A stretch of 64,000 bases of DNA from an uncultured Candidatus Binatia bacterium (GTDB lineage Bacteria > Desulfobacterota > Binatia > UBA9968 > CAXXLF01): positions 3,456,001-3,520,000 of the forward strand of contig OZ244621.1 in assembly GCA_965218425.1 (NCBI GenBank), read 5' to 3'. Numbering within the stretch: the first letter of the stretch is position 1; each line of letters starts with the position of its first letter. The notes beneath the pieces are model-generated. The model was not told the DNA's origin, made no database searches, and worked only from the letters and a program-made list of their open reading frames with translations. Shown here piece after piece: positions 10,651-20,095 of this stretch. Position numbers and translations under genes: made by a program.

Positions 10651-11496
10651 TCAGTTTGAGGACTGAAGTCTGATGACCGTCTCGAGGGTTGGTCCAGTTA
10701 AGAGAGGTCTTAACAGCTCCTCGCGCAACGCTGCCTCCCAGGAACGGTTGCCATCAGGCTCCCACTGATACGAGAGATTTCGAATCTGTCCCGATCCCGT
10801 GAAACGGGGTAGCAGGCTCAGGGCGCCAGCCAGTACCTTCTCGTGACGGTCTTGGTCGCCTGGAGGGCCGAAAGTTCGACCGGCAGGATAATCAACAAAG
10901 ACGGCCCGTGGCGAACGAACCTTTACCATTATGTCTCGTACAGTACCGATCACTAAAGTTGGAATACCCAGCGCCTCAATGCCATTGGCGAGGAGACCAA
11001 CGGTCTCGTGGCAATACGGTCAGAAGGGTGTCAACACCGCCAAGTTTACTTCTTGTTGTATTAATTCACGGACCACGCCATGCGCGAGGTCGTTTTCAAC
11101 TCCATGGTGGTTTCGCGTACCGCCTACGAACGAGAAATGAGTCGTGGCAACACTGCCGACCACTCCTTGTTCCGCAAGAGTTTTCAGGGCAGACCTCGGA
11201 AAGACAATTTCCGGGTCATGGCGAGTATGAGTTCCCAGGGGTGATCTGTGATCCATAACGAGATCAGCGGAGTGTGGCTCGGCAGGAATTGTCCGATAGG
11301 TCGCGTCGTCGGGAGGGACAAAGGGCGGTTGGTCCACTGTTCGTACTGCAGCGCTGGTCAGAAGCGCTATTTTTGCCGACGCTAGCGGAGGAACCATGGG
11401 CTGCCACGCACTTCGCGAAGGACGAACCAGTTTCAGTTTGCGCGCCGGCTTCGGAGCAGCTTTCTCAACAAAGACGGGCAGGTAATTAAATGGCAT
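10651..11496 (-). CDS. Selenoprotein, D-proline/glycine reductase selenoprotein B (PrdB/GrdB)-like, 281 aa, Sec at codon 159 (TGA 11020-11022)
   Basis: ORFs 11020-11496 and 10651-10953 are in one frame. Read-through gives VLTPF-U-PYCHETVGLLANGIEALGIPTL, the family UxxC motif; IALLTSAAV is also family-typical. SECIS-like hairpin follows. Confidence 0.9.
10993..11007 (-). promoter_or_regulatory. Bacterial SECIS-like hairpin for the PrdB-like gene
   Basis: GAGACC-GTT-GGTCTC begins 12 nt after UGA; apical G at +19. Confidence 0.75.
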
Positions 11497-11527
11497 AAGT
11501 CAATTCCACCTTTGCGTTGGTACCCTG

Positions 11528-12685
11528 CTAGCCAGCGTCAAAGCGCCGGTAACAGAGCAAAGCATTGTCCCACACGAGCTTTCGTTTTTGCTCCTCTGGA
11601 ATCGACCATCCCAAAAAAATCTCCACTGACTTGGGGAACCAGGTCTCCAGGTGGGGAAAATCGGAAGCATACATCAAGGTGGTTTCACCCACAAGATCAG
11701 TAATGCCTCGAAGCGATTGTTCTCCCTCGTACAACTGGATGGTTTGAAAGTACTGTGGACTGCGAATATACTCACTGGGCAACCGATTCAAGGGCTGGAT
11801 GTAATCTTTGCACATTATCGCATGCTCATCTAGACGTGAGGCCCAGCTGTGTAACCACCCATGCCCGCACTCAAACGCAGCCATACGCAACCTAGGATAC
11901 CGATCCAGTACGCCCGCTCCGATCAGTGCGGCTAGGTTCCGCTGAGCGTTCCACATGTGGGCAGCGGATCTCTGCAGGAACATGTTTTCCCAGTTATCAT
12001 ACAGCCCTGGAGGATCGGGGGAGCCCATAGTGAAGGAATGAATGATCACTGTGAGGTCATACTCCTGTGCAGCGGCCCATAGCGGCTCCCACTCTGGACG
12101 ATCCAACGGCATTTTTCCAGAACAAACCGGAAAAACACCGACCGGCCATGGTTCTTTGGCACAACGGCGCAACTCGGTCAAAGAGGCGTCTACGTTACGT
12201 CCCGAAGCCAGAATGACACTTTTCAGCCGATGCGGATACGGGTCACAATAATCCTTCATAAATCGGTGAAAGGCTTCGTACATAAATAACTCTAATTCCA
12301 CATTGTCCATGGAGCTAAAGTTCGGGGTGGTCCCGGACGGAAAGATCACGTTTACGTCAACGCCCTCAATATCCATGTCCTGAATCCGCACGTGTGGATC
12401 AGAGTGGAGGAGCTTATTCGGATACGGGGGCCCGTACTTGAGTCCACCCCAGTCGACACCGCCCAAGGGTCCACTTGTTTTAATATAATCATGACTTCCC
12501 AGGCGGCGGTTTAGAACCGGTTTTTTGTCGAGAAGATACTGAAAAGTAGCACCTTTCCGCTCAAGTAAAGGTGCGGCCTCGTCAAACGTGGTACGGGCCT
12601 TCGATGAGAGATATTCTTTCATTTTGTCCAAAGGTTCAGCCACATGTGTATCTGCATCGAAGATTCGATATCCATCACGAGCCAT
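11528..12685 (-). CDS. Amidohydrolase_2 family (metal-dependent hydrolase/decarboxylase)
   Basis: DADTH, IIHS, FECGHGW, YASDFPH motifs. Confidence 0.92.
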   Translation of the reverse strand: MARDGYRIFDADTHVAEPLDKMKEYLSSKARTTFDEAAPLLERKGATFQYLLDKKPVLNRRLGSHDYIKTSGPLGGVDWGGLKYGPPYPNKLLHSDPHVRIQDMDIEGVDVNVIFPSGTTPNFSSMDNVELELFMYEAFHRFMKDYCDPYPHRLKSVILASGRNVDASLTELRRCAKEPWPVGVFPVCSGKMPLDRPEWEPLWAAAQEYDLTVIIHSFTMGSPDPPGLYDNWENMFLQRSAAHMWNAQRNLAALIGAGVLDRYPRLRMAAFECGHGWLHSWASRLDEHAIMCKDYIQPLNRLPSEYIRSPQYFQTIQLYEGEQSLRGITDLVGETTLMYASDFPHLETWFPKSVEIFLGWSIPEEQKRKLVWDNALLCYRRFDAG

Positions 12686-12759
12686 TTGCTACCTCCCTTT
12701 TTCCGGCGCGAATCGCAAAAGAAATAACTGCCGGGCTCAACGGCCCGCCTCCGGTCATT

Positions 12760-14424
12760 CTAGCTCCACGGCAGGGCATGCAACGCTTCAATGTCGCTAA
12801 CGACGTCCAGCACAACAGGCCTGCCTGCATGGAAGGCCTGCTCTAATGCAGGCCTCAGCTCATTCGGCCTTTCCACTCGGATGCCGACACAGCCCATGGC
12901 TTCTGCTACTCTTGCGATGTTGATGTCCTCGAAAACCCACATGTTACGGCCTCTACCCTGCATGTCCCCACCATAAGCCGCATGGAGCAGTCGTTGCTCC
13001 TGGTTCATCGAACGGTTGTTGTTCACCAAAACTACCACGTTGATACCGAAGCGAACGGCAGTTTCCAGTTCGGCCATGTGGTAATAGAAACCGCCGTCCC
13101 CGGTGAAGCACAAAACGGGTCTGTCAGGCAGAGCACATTTTACTCCGAGAGATCCGGGAAAACCCCAACCCAGCGTTCCCGCACATCGTATGTACCTTTG
13201 ACCGGGATGTTTCAGTTCCACCAGGGTCCCCGTCCAGATCGCAGCGTGTCCAGTGTCCGCTACCAGTACGGCATCAGATGGCAAAAACTCCGTGACCTCC
13301 TTGCAAATCCGCTCCGGTCTCAGCGGCACGGCCTCAGAGGTGAGCATCGGGGTCACTTCGCGACGCCATTCGCTGACCCGTTGTTGCACCCATGCAAGCC
13401 AGTCTGTTCTTGACGAAACCGGTTCAACGGAATCAATCAGGTGCTGTAGCGTCACCTTGGCGTCCCCCAACAGACCTACTTTGACAGGATAACTCCTCCC
13501 AATTTCGCTGGGGTCGATATCCAGTTGTACGATCGGGGTGTTCATGCGGGGAACCTTCCAATTAAATGTAACCTGACTTCCCGTATGGCTACCAATAAAA
13601 AAAACTAGGTCCCCCTCCGCCACAACCCGGTTGGCACACGAGCGGGAATAGGTTCCAACCAAACCCACTGATAAGGTATGGTCTTCGGGGATGCTCCCTT
13701 TGCCGTTCAGAGACGTAGCCACCGGGATAGACAGTTTCTCTGCTAGAGCCACCACCTCCGGGGCTGCCTGGGAGGCGACTACGCCGCCTCCCACGACCAT
13801 GACCGGTCTTTGAGCTTGAGCAAGGATTTTGGCCGCCTCTCGTACCTGCTTGGCCGATGGCTCAGTTCTGAAAGCCGGGCACTTCAAGAACTGATCTTCA
13901 ACAACAAGCTCTAGGTTAGCTTCATCGTTCAGCACCTGACCGTGACGTCCTCTCATCTGCAGGTGCACTGGCCCGGGTGCACCGCTGGTGGCGGTTCGAA
14001 ACGCCTGCCGCAGAAGATCCGGCAGTCGCTCTACTCTGTCGAGCTTCACATTCAACTTGGTTGTGGAATCAAACTGGGAGAAATCTTCAATCTCCTGATA
14101 GACATGGCGATATCTCTGAGGATCCTGGCCACCGGTAATGGCAATCACAGGAGAGCAGGCCATGTAGGCATCCCTCAGTCCCGCTGCCAGATTCGAGGCT
14201 CCGCCATTCTGGGCCAGGCATATCCCAGGTCCACCTGAAGCCCGAGCGTAGCCGTCAGCCATGTAGGCCGCAGCTTTTTCGCCGTGCGTGGTGACCCGCG
14301 TTATATTCATACCCTCCATCTTCGCCATGGTTGGGAGCATGACTGACGGCACAAAGAACACGTGGGTAATACCGGCCGCTTTTATGGCGTCAGCAAAAAA
14401 CTGAGAACCGGTCACTGCGGGCAT
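12760..14424 (-). CDS. ThDP-dependent enzyme (acetolactate synthase-like superfamily), copy 1
   Basis: HGEKAAAYMADGYARA, GPVHL, GDGG...NN ThDP motif. Confidence 0.93.
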   Translation of the reverse strand: MPAVTGSQFFADAIKAAGITHVFFVPSVMLPTMAKMEGMNITRVTTHGEKAAAYMADGYARASGGPGICLAQNGGASNLAAGLRDAYMACSPVIAITGGQDPQRYRHVYQEIEDFSQFDSTTKLNVKLDRVERLPDLLRQAFRTATSGAPGPVHLQMRGRHGQVLNDEANLELVVEDQFLKCPAFRTEPSAKQVREAAKILAQAQRPVMVVGGGVVASQAAPEVVALAEKLSIPVATSLNGKGSIPEDHTLSVGLVGTYSRSCANRVVAEGDLVFFIGSHTGSQVTFNWKVPRMNTPIVQLDIDPSEIGRSYPVKVGLLGDAKVTLQHLIDSVEPVSSRTDWLAWVQQRVSEWRREVTPMLTSEAVPLRPERICKEVTEFLPSDAVLVADTGHAAIWTGTLVELKHPGQRYIRCAGTLGWGFPGSLGVKCALPDRPVLCFTGDGGFYYHMAELETAVRFGINVVVLVNNNRSMNQEQRLLHAAYGGDMQGRGRNMWVFEDINIARVAEAMGCVGIRVERPNELRPALEQAFHAGRPVVLDVVSDIEALHALPWS

Positions 14425-14444
14425 AGTGAAACTCTTCGAGTGAT

Positions 14445-14882
14445 CTAGCCGACCTTTGTCTTTGCCGTTTCCTGCGGAGCATCAACCCGCTTTATTTCAA
14501 CTCGAAGATTGACACCGTCTAACGGCTCACGAAAAGGCATCCATTCCCAACCTTCCGTACTCACGTCCATGCGATTGCCGTCGGGATCTGTGACTGAATA
14601 CTCGGCCTGGCCGGCAGGTCTTTTTTCAAGCTTGAAGCCGAGGCCTTTCAAGTGATCAACGTCATCTCCGTCGACATGTAAGCCAAAATGGAAAAGCCCC
14701 ATCTTCACATCAGCCCCCGGCTTTTTCTCGATGATCGCCAAGTTAAAGTATCCGTCTGAAAGAAAGGTCGCCGAGCTCTCGGGTTGACCCATCGTTTCCT
14801 TCATTCGGAACGTTTTTTTGTAAAATTCCACCAACCGCGCCTTATCGGGCGTAACGACTGCCAAATGACGAAGTCGAGCCAT
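14445..14882 (-). CDS. VOC/glyoxalase family protein
   Basis: LRHLAV, FYKKTF, SDGYFNLA, HFGLHV, DPDGN motifs. Confidence 0.9.
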   Translation of the reverse strand: MARLRHLAVVTPDKARLVEFYKKTFRMKETMGQPESSATFLSDGYFNLAIIEKKPGADVKMGLFHFGLHVDGDDVDHLKGLGFKLEKRPAGQAEYSVTDPDGNRMDVSTEGWEWMPFREPLDGVNLRVEIKRVDAPQETAKTKVG

Positions 14883-14936
14883 AGAAATACCCTCCTTTTG
14901 GTTAATTGATTAATGCATCACAAAGAGAACAGCGTC

Positions 14937-14965
14937 GTAGTATCACACGGAATTTATTGTGTCAA
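14937..14965 (-). promoter_or_regulatory. Putative sigma70 promoter for the VOC-ThDP-amidohydrolase-PrdB-like unit
   Basis: TTGACA-17 bp-TACTAC with an extended TG. Confidence 0.45.
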
Positions 14966-15123
14966 GGTCCAATGGCCCTAAGGCTCGTGTCGGAGTAGCG
15001 ACCGAGGGACATAGTGATGATGAATACCTATGGCGCGTCTGTTGGCTTGGGTTTATTGCTGTCTTCCATGCACAAAGATCCTCGTTAGCTACTGTCATCC
15101 GAGACGGCACGCTTTGACAGATT

Positions 15124-16794
15124 TCAACTTGACTCCCAGGCGCGCGGATACAAGGCGTCGATGGCGCTCGCAACATCGATCACTGCTGGTTTCCCTGCCG
15201 CGAAGGCCTTTTCGAGAGCACCTGCCAGCTCATTCGGCCTTTCCACTCGTATGCCGACGCAGCCCATGGCTTCTGCGATTTTGGCCAGGTTCACTTCCTT
15301 AAACACCCACATTTCATTCGCTTTACCGCGCATTTCACCGCCGTAGGCGGCATTGATCAACCGCTGCTCCTGGTTTAGTGAATGGTTGTCGTTTACTACG
15401 ACAACAATGTTTACGCCAAATCGAGCTGCCGTTTCCAACTCAGCCATATGGTAGTAGAAACCACCGTCGCCGGTGAAGCAGAGGACAGGCCTGTCTGGAA
15501 GAGCGCACTTTACCCCGATCGATGCTGGGAAAGCCCAACCTAGCGACCCAGCACACCGTATATAGGTCTGACCGGGGTGCTTCAGATCAACCAAGGCCCC
15601 CGTCCAAAAAGCCGAATGTCCTGTGTCCGCTACAAGGACGGCATTTGCGGGCAAGAACCTCGTGACCTCCTGAGAGATGCGTTCCGGTCTTATGGGTACA
15701 GCTTCGGAATTGAGCATCGGGGTCATTTCTTCGCGCCACTCGTGCACGGCTTGCTGCGCTCGACGCGACCACTCCGACCCTGATAGACCTGGCCCAACGG
15801 CTTCTGTCAGGCGGTTAAGGGTCGCCATCGCGTCGCCTACCAAACCTACTCTCGTAGGATAATTTCTCCCTATTTCCTCGGGGTTTATGTCCAATTGAAT
15901 CGTAGGCGTCCCCGGGCGGGGAATCTTCCAGTTATTCGTGACTTGGCTTCCAGTATGGCTCCCGATGAAAAAGACCAGGTCTGCTTCCCAAACAACCTTC
16001 TGTGCGCAGGCCCGAGAGTAGGTCCCAATGACTCCTACCGATAGGTCGTGACTATCGGGAATCGACCCCTTGCCATTGAGTGAGGTTGCCACAGGTATCG
16101 AAAGCTTTTCCGCTAGCCTCACAACTTGCCCGGCTGCCTGCGATGCAATCACTCCTCCTCCCGCCACGATCACGGGTTTCTCGGCGCGAGACAACAGTTT
16201 CGCGGCTTCTCGAAGCGGACCCGGTTCCGGCTCAGGTCGGAAGGCAGGATAGCTTAAAAACCGTTCTTCAACGATTTTTTCGAGGTTGTCCTCCTCGTCG
16301 AGTACTTGCCCGTGCGACCCACGCAACCGCAGGTGAACCGGTCCTGGGGATCCGGTGGTCGCCGCCCGAACCGCCTGTCGGAGCAAATCAGGTAAGCGGT
16401 CCACTTTGTCCACCTCGGCATTAAATTTCGTGACACAGTCAAACATGGAAAAGTCTTCGACCTGCTGGTAAGGATTTCCATAGCGTGAAGTGGGATCCGG
16501 ACCTCCGGTAATGGCGATGACAGGAGAGCCGGCCATGTAGGCATCCCGCAGGCCTGCGGCAAGATTCGATGCACCAATGTTTTGGGCCAGGCATGTGGCG
16601 ATCTTATGCGAGGCGCGCGCGTACCCATCGGCCATGTAGGCGGCCGCCTTCTCCCCGTGGGTTGTCACGCGCCTTATATCTAGATCCTCCATTTCTGCCA
16701 TTGCTTTCATCAGGATGGTAGGTACAAAGAAAACATGTGCGCCCCATGCTCTCATGGTTTCAGCAAAAAATCGCGAACCTGTCATGACCGCCAT
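15124..16794 (-). CDS. ThDP-dependent enzyme (acetolactate synthase-like), copy 2
   Basis: Close paralogue of 12760-14424 with the same motifs. Confidence 0.93.
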   Translation of the reverse strand: MAVMTGSRFFAETMRAWGAHVFFVPTILMKAMAEMEDLDIRRVTTHGEKAAAYMADGYARASHKIATCLAQNIGASNLAAGLRDAYMAGSPVIAITGGPDPTSRYGNPYQQVEDFSMFDCVTKFNAEVDKVDRLPDLLRQAVRAATTGSPGPVHLRLRGSHGQVLDEEDNLEKIVEERFLSYPAFRPEPEPGPLREAAKLLSRAEKPVIVAGGGVIASQAAGQVVRLAEKLSIPVATSLNGKGSIPDSHDLSVGVIGTYSRACAQKVVWEADLVFFIGSHTGSQVTNNWKIPRPGTPTIQLDINPEEIGRNYPTRVGLVGDAMATLNRLTEAVGPGLSGSEWSRRAQQAVHEWREEMTPMLNSEAVPIRPERISQEVTRFLPANAVLVADTGHSAFWTGALVDLKHPGQTYIRCAGSLGWAFPASIGVKCALPDRPVLCFTGDGGFYYHMAELETAARFGVNIVVVVNDNHSLNQEQRLINAAYGGEMRGKANEMWVFKEVNLAKIAEAMGCVGIRVERPNELAGALEKAFAAGKPAVIDVASAIDALYPRAWESS

Positions 16795-16866
16795 AATATC
16801 GCCCCCCCGTGACTACTGCAGTGAAGTGCTATCGTCCATTTTTTTCACACATGCTCAATAAGCCTC

Positions 16867-16929
16867 TTGACTAGGATCTGCCCTCACGATATTATCGCCG
16901 ATGCTATATCGTGAGGGGCGTGGGGTCAA
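16867..16929. promoter_or_regulatory. Two opposed sigma70-like promoters with a 12-bp inverted repeat (candidate operator)
   Basis: Plus strand TTGACT-17-TATTAT (16867-16895); minus strand TTGACC-17-TAGCAT (16929-16901); CCCTCACGATAT...ATATCGTGAGGG at 16881-16917. Confidence 0.6.
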
Positions 16930-17015
16930 TAGATAATCTGGGCAGCAAAGATCTCAAAGATCAACGGATGGCTAGTCTTATGGATGAAGGCTAGCGCTTT
17001 GAAGGGAGGATTCAG

Positions 17016-18155
17016 ATGAATGCAGGATCGAAACTCTTGGCAATCGTGCTAGCAGTTCTATTTTTAGCGGTCTCCACGACACCGGTTCTAGCCGGTCCTC
17101 AAAGCAAGCAGCTTCTCCAGGATCTTATTGCGAAAGCAAATAAAGAAGGAAGCCTGGACGTGACTTTTCTTTCCAGTGCCGCCAAGGCTGGGCCCAGAGT
17201 CATCCAGGCTTTCAAACAGAGATTCGGGCTTGAAATCGATGTAAACCTCAATACGACAAGCAGTGGACCCCGCTCATTCTCAAAGGTTCGCGCCGCCTTG
17301 AAGTTAGGCGGTCAGTCACCCTTTGATACCCTGGACGGCCCGGAGAACAGCCACGCAGAGCTGATTGGAGGCGGGTTTGCGAGAAAGATCGAGAACTGGA
17401 AGGAGCTCCTGGCTGAGGTAAACCCGCTCGTAGGATCTGGAAAGGTTAAGCCAGAACAGGTAAGTCCTCCCCCCTTCGACGGATATAGCTTCATGTATGC
17501 TAACCGAACGAAGTCACTCATTTACAACACTAAACTCATCTCAAAAAATGAGGTCCCGCAGTCTCGCGCAGATATCGCAAATCCAAAGTACAAAGGCATG
17601 TATGCAGTGCCGCCCTGGACCACCGCTTGGCAGTTCGGGGTCCTTTTCTATCCCAAAAAAAAATGGCTCGAGATTGTCAATCAGATCGGCAAAAATGCCT
17701 GCTGCGTACTTCGCTATAATGCAAGCCTCAACCGGATGCTTGTTGGACAGCTGGCATTGACCCCGAGCAACACGTATTACGTTTGGGAGGTCAAGGCGAA
17801 GGACGCCAATGCCCCACTCACATACCAGTGGTTTTCCGACTATACGGCCATGTCACAAGTATTATACGTTGTGCCCAGGAAATCACAGCACCCGGCCGCT
17901 GCTACACTCTTTGCCATGTGGATGACGACGCCTGAAGCGGAGGCAATCTGGCAACCGGCCAGTTTTCATCCCAATATCGTATTTGGACAGAGCGAACTTG
18001 ACAGAAAGGCCAGGGAGTCATTGAAGAAGAGCGGAAGCCCAGTCGTTTCCTGGTTTGATAACAAAAAAACGAGTGAGACGTTGAAGTGGTATGGCACCAA
18101 AGCAGGGAGAAAGTATCGGGGGGCCATTGTCAAGAACTTAACTCAGCGGAAATAG
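17016..18155 (+). CDS. ABC transporter substrate-binding protein
   Basis: Signal peptide, KANKEG, LIYNTK, HPAAATLFAMW; upstream of permease and ATPase. Confidence 0.9.
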   Translation: MNAGSKLLAIVLAVLFLAVSTTPVLAGPQSKQLLQDLIAKANKEGSLDVTFLSSAAKAGPRVIQAFKQRFGLEIDVNLNTTSSGPRSFSKVRAALKLGGQSPFDTLDGPENSHAELIGGGFARKIENWKELLAEVNPLVGSGKVKPEQVSPPPFDGYSFMYANRTKSLIYNTKLISKNEVPQSRADIANPKYKGMYAVPPWTTAWQFGVLFYPKKKWLEIVNQIGKNACCVLRYNASLNRMLVGQLALTPSNTYYVWEVKAKDANAPLTYQWFSDYTAMSQVLYVVPRKSQHPAAATLFAMWMTTPEAEAIWQPASFHPNIVFGQSELDRKARESLKKSGSPVVSWFDNKKTSETLKWYGTKAGRKYRGAIVKNLTQRK

Positions 18156-18199
18156 CCGGCCGAAGTCCAGGTTCCACTTCATGCGCATGAGTTAGTTAG

Positions 18200-20029
18200 A
18201 TGGATCAGAAAGTCACAGAGGTACAAGGGCTGAGACGCGGCCCGCGGCTGCAAGCAAATTACAAATATTTGGGATACCTGACCAAAGCCGCGAGCCCGAA
18301 TTTGATTCCCCTGATATTTTCCTGGCTCGTGTTGGGATGTATCCTCGTCTTGGTCCTATTGATAGTGTACATGACGTTTATCCCCGGCTTGCCCATAGAG
18401 CCAGGGTGGACCATAGACAATTGGCTGGATGTCGCCAGACCGTATGTACTGAAGAAGGTCCTGCCAAACACGTTAGTCGTGGGCATCGGCACCGTTCTTA
18501 TCGCGACCCTCTTCGCGGCCCCCCTGGCGTGGTTGTTGCATCGGACCTCACTTCCTTTTCGTAATCTTTTTACAGCCCTGATAGCCTCGGTGGTGGTTAT
18601 CCCCGGCTTTGTCAAAGCCATGGGTTGGATTATGTTGATCAATCCCCGGTTCGGTCTGTTCAACAGGGCTGCTGCGGAATCGCTGGGCTTACAATCAGTG
18701 CCGCTGGATATGAATAATCCATTTGGAATGGCTTGGGTAATGGGCCTCATGCTGGCCCCTACGATGTTTTTCCTGATCTCCGGCTCGGTCCAAGCACTGG
18801 ACCCTGTCCTAGAGGAGGCAGCTGAAATGGCGGGTGCCAAGAAATGGCGCACAATCCTCTACGTAAGCTTCCCCTTGGTTTGGCCGGCCATATCAGCGGG
18901 CGCCATTTATATTTTTATGACTGCCATCTCTATTTTTGAAGTGCCGGCGATGCTGGGAGCGGCAGGCGGACAGGCCCCGGTGCTCGCAACCGAATTCTTC
19001 TACGCCGTCAATCCCACTACCCAAGAGTCTCTTGATTTGAACTACGGGGCCGCGGGCGTATACGGGGTTTTAATCGCCGCCCCAAGTCTGGTCGCACTTT
19101 ACTTTTACTATCGGGTCCTGGCACGATCCCGACAGTTCGAAGTCATAACGGGGCGAGGTTATCGACCTCGACTCATAGATTTGGGGCGCTTCAAATACGT
19201 AGGGTTGGCATTCGTTCTAACTTACTTGGCCCTAGCAGCAGTGTTGCCCCTGCTGGTTTTGGTTTGGGTCTCATTAGCGCCTTTCCTACAGATGCCTTCG
19301 ATGGAGGCACTATCCAAGGTTAGCCTGGATAACTATCGATCCTTACTGCCAACCATTGGCGGTATGCGTGTTATCTACAACACGGTAATCTTGGTCCTGG
19401 GGGTTTCACTGTTTGTACTGTTCTTCAGCTTTATGGTGTCGTGGGTCGTGGTACGCAGCCGTGTTCGAGGACGTCAGGTCATGGACACAATTGCGATGCT
19501 GCCTCACGCGATTCCCGGGCTTGGGTTTGCTTTCGCATTGTTCATAATAGCCATTCCTCTCTCGCGATGGATCCCGTGGCTAGCGCTTAACGGGACGCTC
19601 ACCATAATCGTAATGGCACATGTTCTCAATCGATTAGCTTACGGTACCAGGATCACGAATGCGGCCCTGTTACAGATTCACCAGGAACTGGAGGAGAGCG
19701 CAAAAATTTGCGGCGCGAGAAACTTTGCCACTTGGTTCTGGGTGATAGTGCCTCTGATCAAACCCTCTCTAGTATATGCCGGGCTATGGACTGCCCTGCT
19801 CTCCTTCCGGGAGGTGACCATGGCACTGTTTCTAACTGGGCCGAAGAATACGGTGCTTTCTGTTGCGACTTGGTCTCTATGGCGGGCGGGCGATTTAACA
19901 ACAGCGGCGGCGACGGCGGTGGTGATGGTGGCGATTATGGTAGTTTTGTTGTTAGTCACGTTATGGTTGATCGGGGGGAGAATGCTGGAAACTCGTGGGC
20001 CAAGGCAGGGCTCTAACCTGGGAGGCTAG
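18200..20029 (+). CDS. ABC transporter permease (FbpB/ThiP-type, duplicated domain)
   Basis: Many TM segments, two EAA loops (LEEAAEMAGA, LEESAKICGA). Confidence 0.95.
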   Translation: MDQKVTEVQGLRRGPRLQANYKYLGYLTKAASPNLIPLIFSWLVLGCILVLVLLIVYMTFIPGLPIEPGWTIDNWLDVARPYVLKKVLPNTLVVGIGTVLIATLFAAPLAWLLHRTSLPFRNLFTALIASVVVIPGFVKAMGWIMLINPRFGLFNRAAAESLGLQSVPLDMNNPFGMAWVMGLMLAPTMFFLISGSVQALDPVLEEAAEMAGAKKWRTILYVSFPLVWPAISAGAIYIFMTAISIFEVPAMLGAAGGQAPVLATEFFYAVNPTTQESLDLNYGAAGVYGVLIAAPSLVALYFYYRVLARSRQFEVITGRGYRPRLIDLGRFKYVGLAFVLTYLALAAVLPLLVLVWVSLAPFLQMPSMEALSKVSLDNYRSLLPTIGGMRVIYNTVILVLGVSLFVLFFSFMVSWVVVRSRVRGRQVMDTIAMLPHAIPGLGFAFALFIIAIPLSRWIPWLALNGTLTIIVMAHVLNRLAYGTRITNAALLQIHQELEESAKICGARNFATWFWVIVPLIKPSLVYAGLWTALLSFREVTMALFLTGPKNTVLSVATWSLWRAGDLTTAAATAVVMVAIMVVLLLVTLWLIGGRMLETRGPRQGSNLGG

Positions 20030-20095
20030 AGTCGAATCGCTGAGGGAGTGTCCATCACGATTCGAGCCTACAAGTGTGGATCGGGGTGAATCGCT

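Noticed and set aside
12760..16794. ilvB/ilvG gene symbols
   Set aside because: No small subunit or ilvC; catabolic context; function unproven
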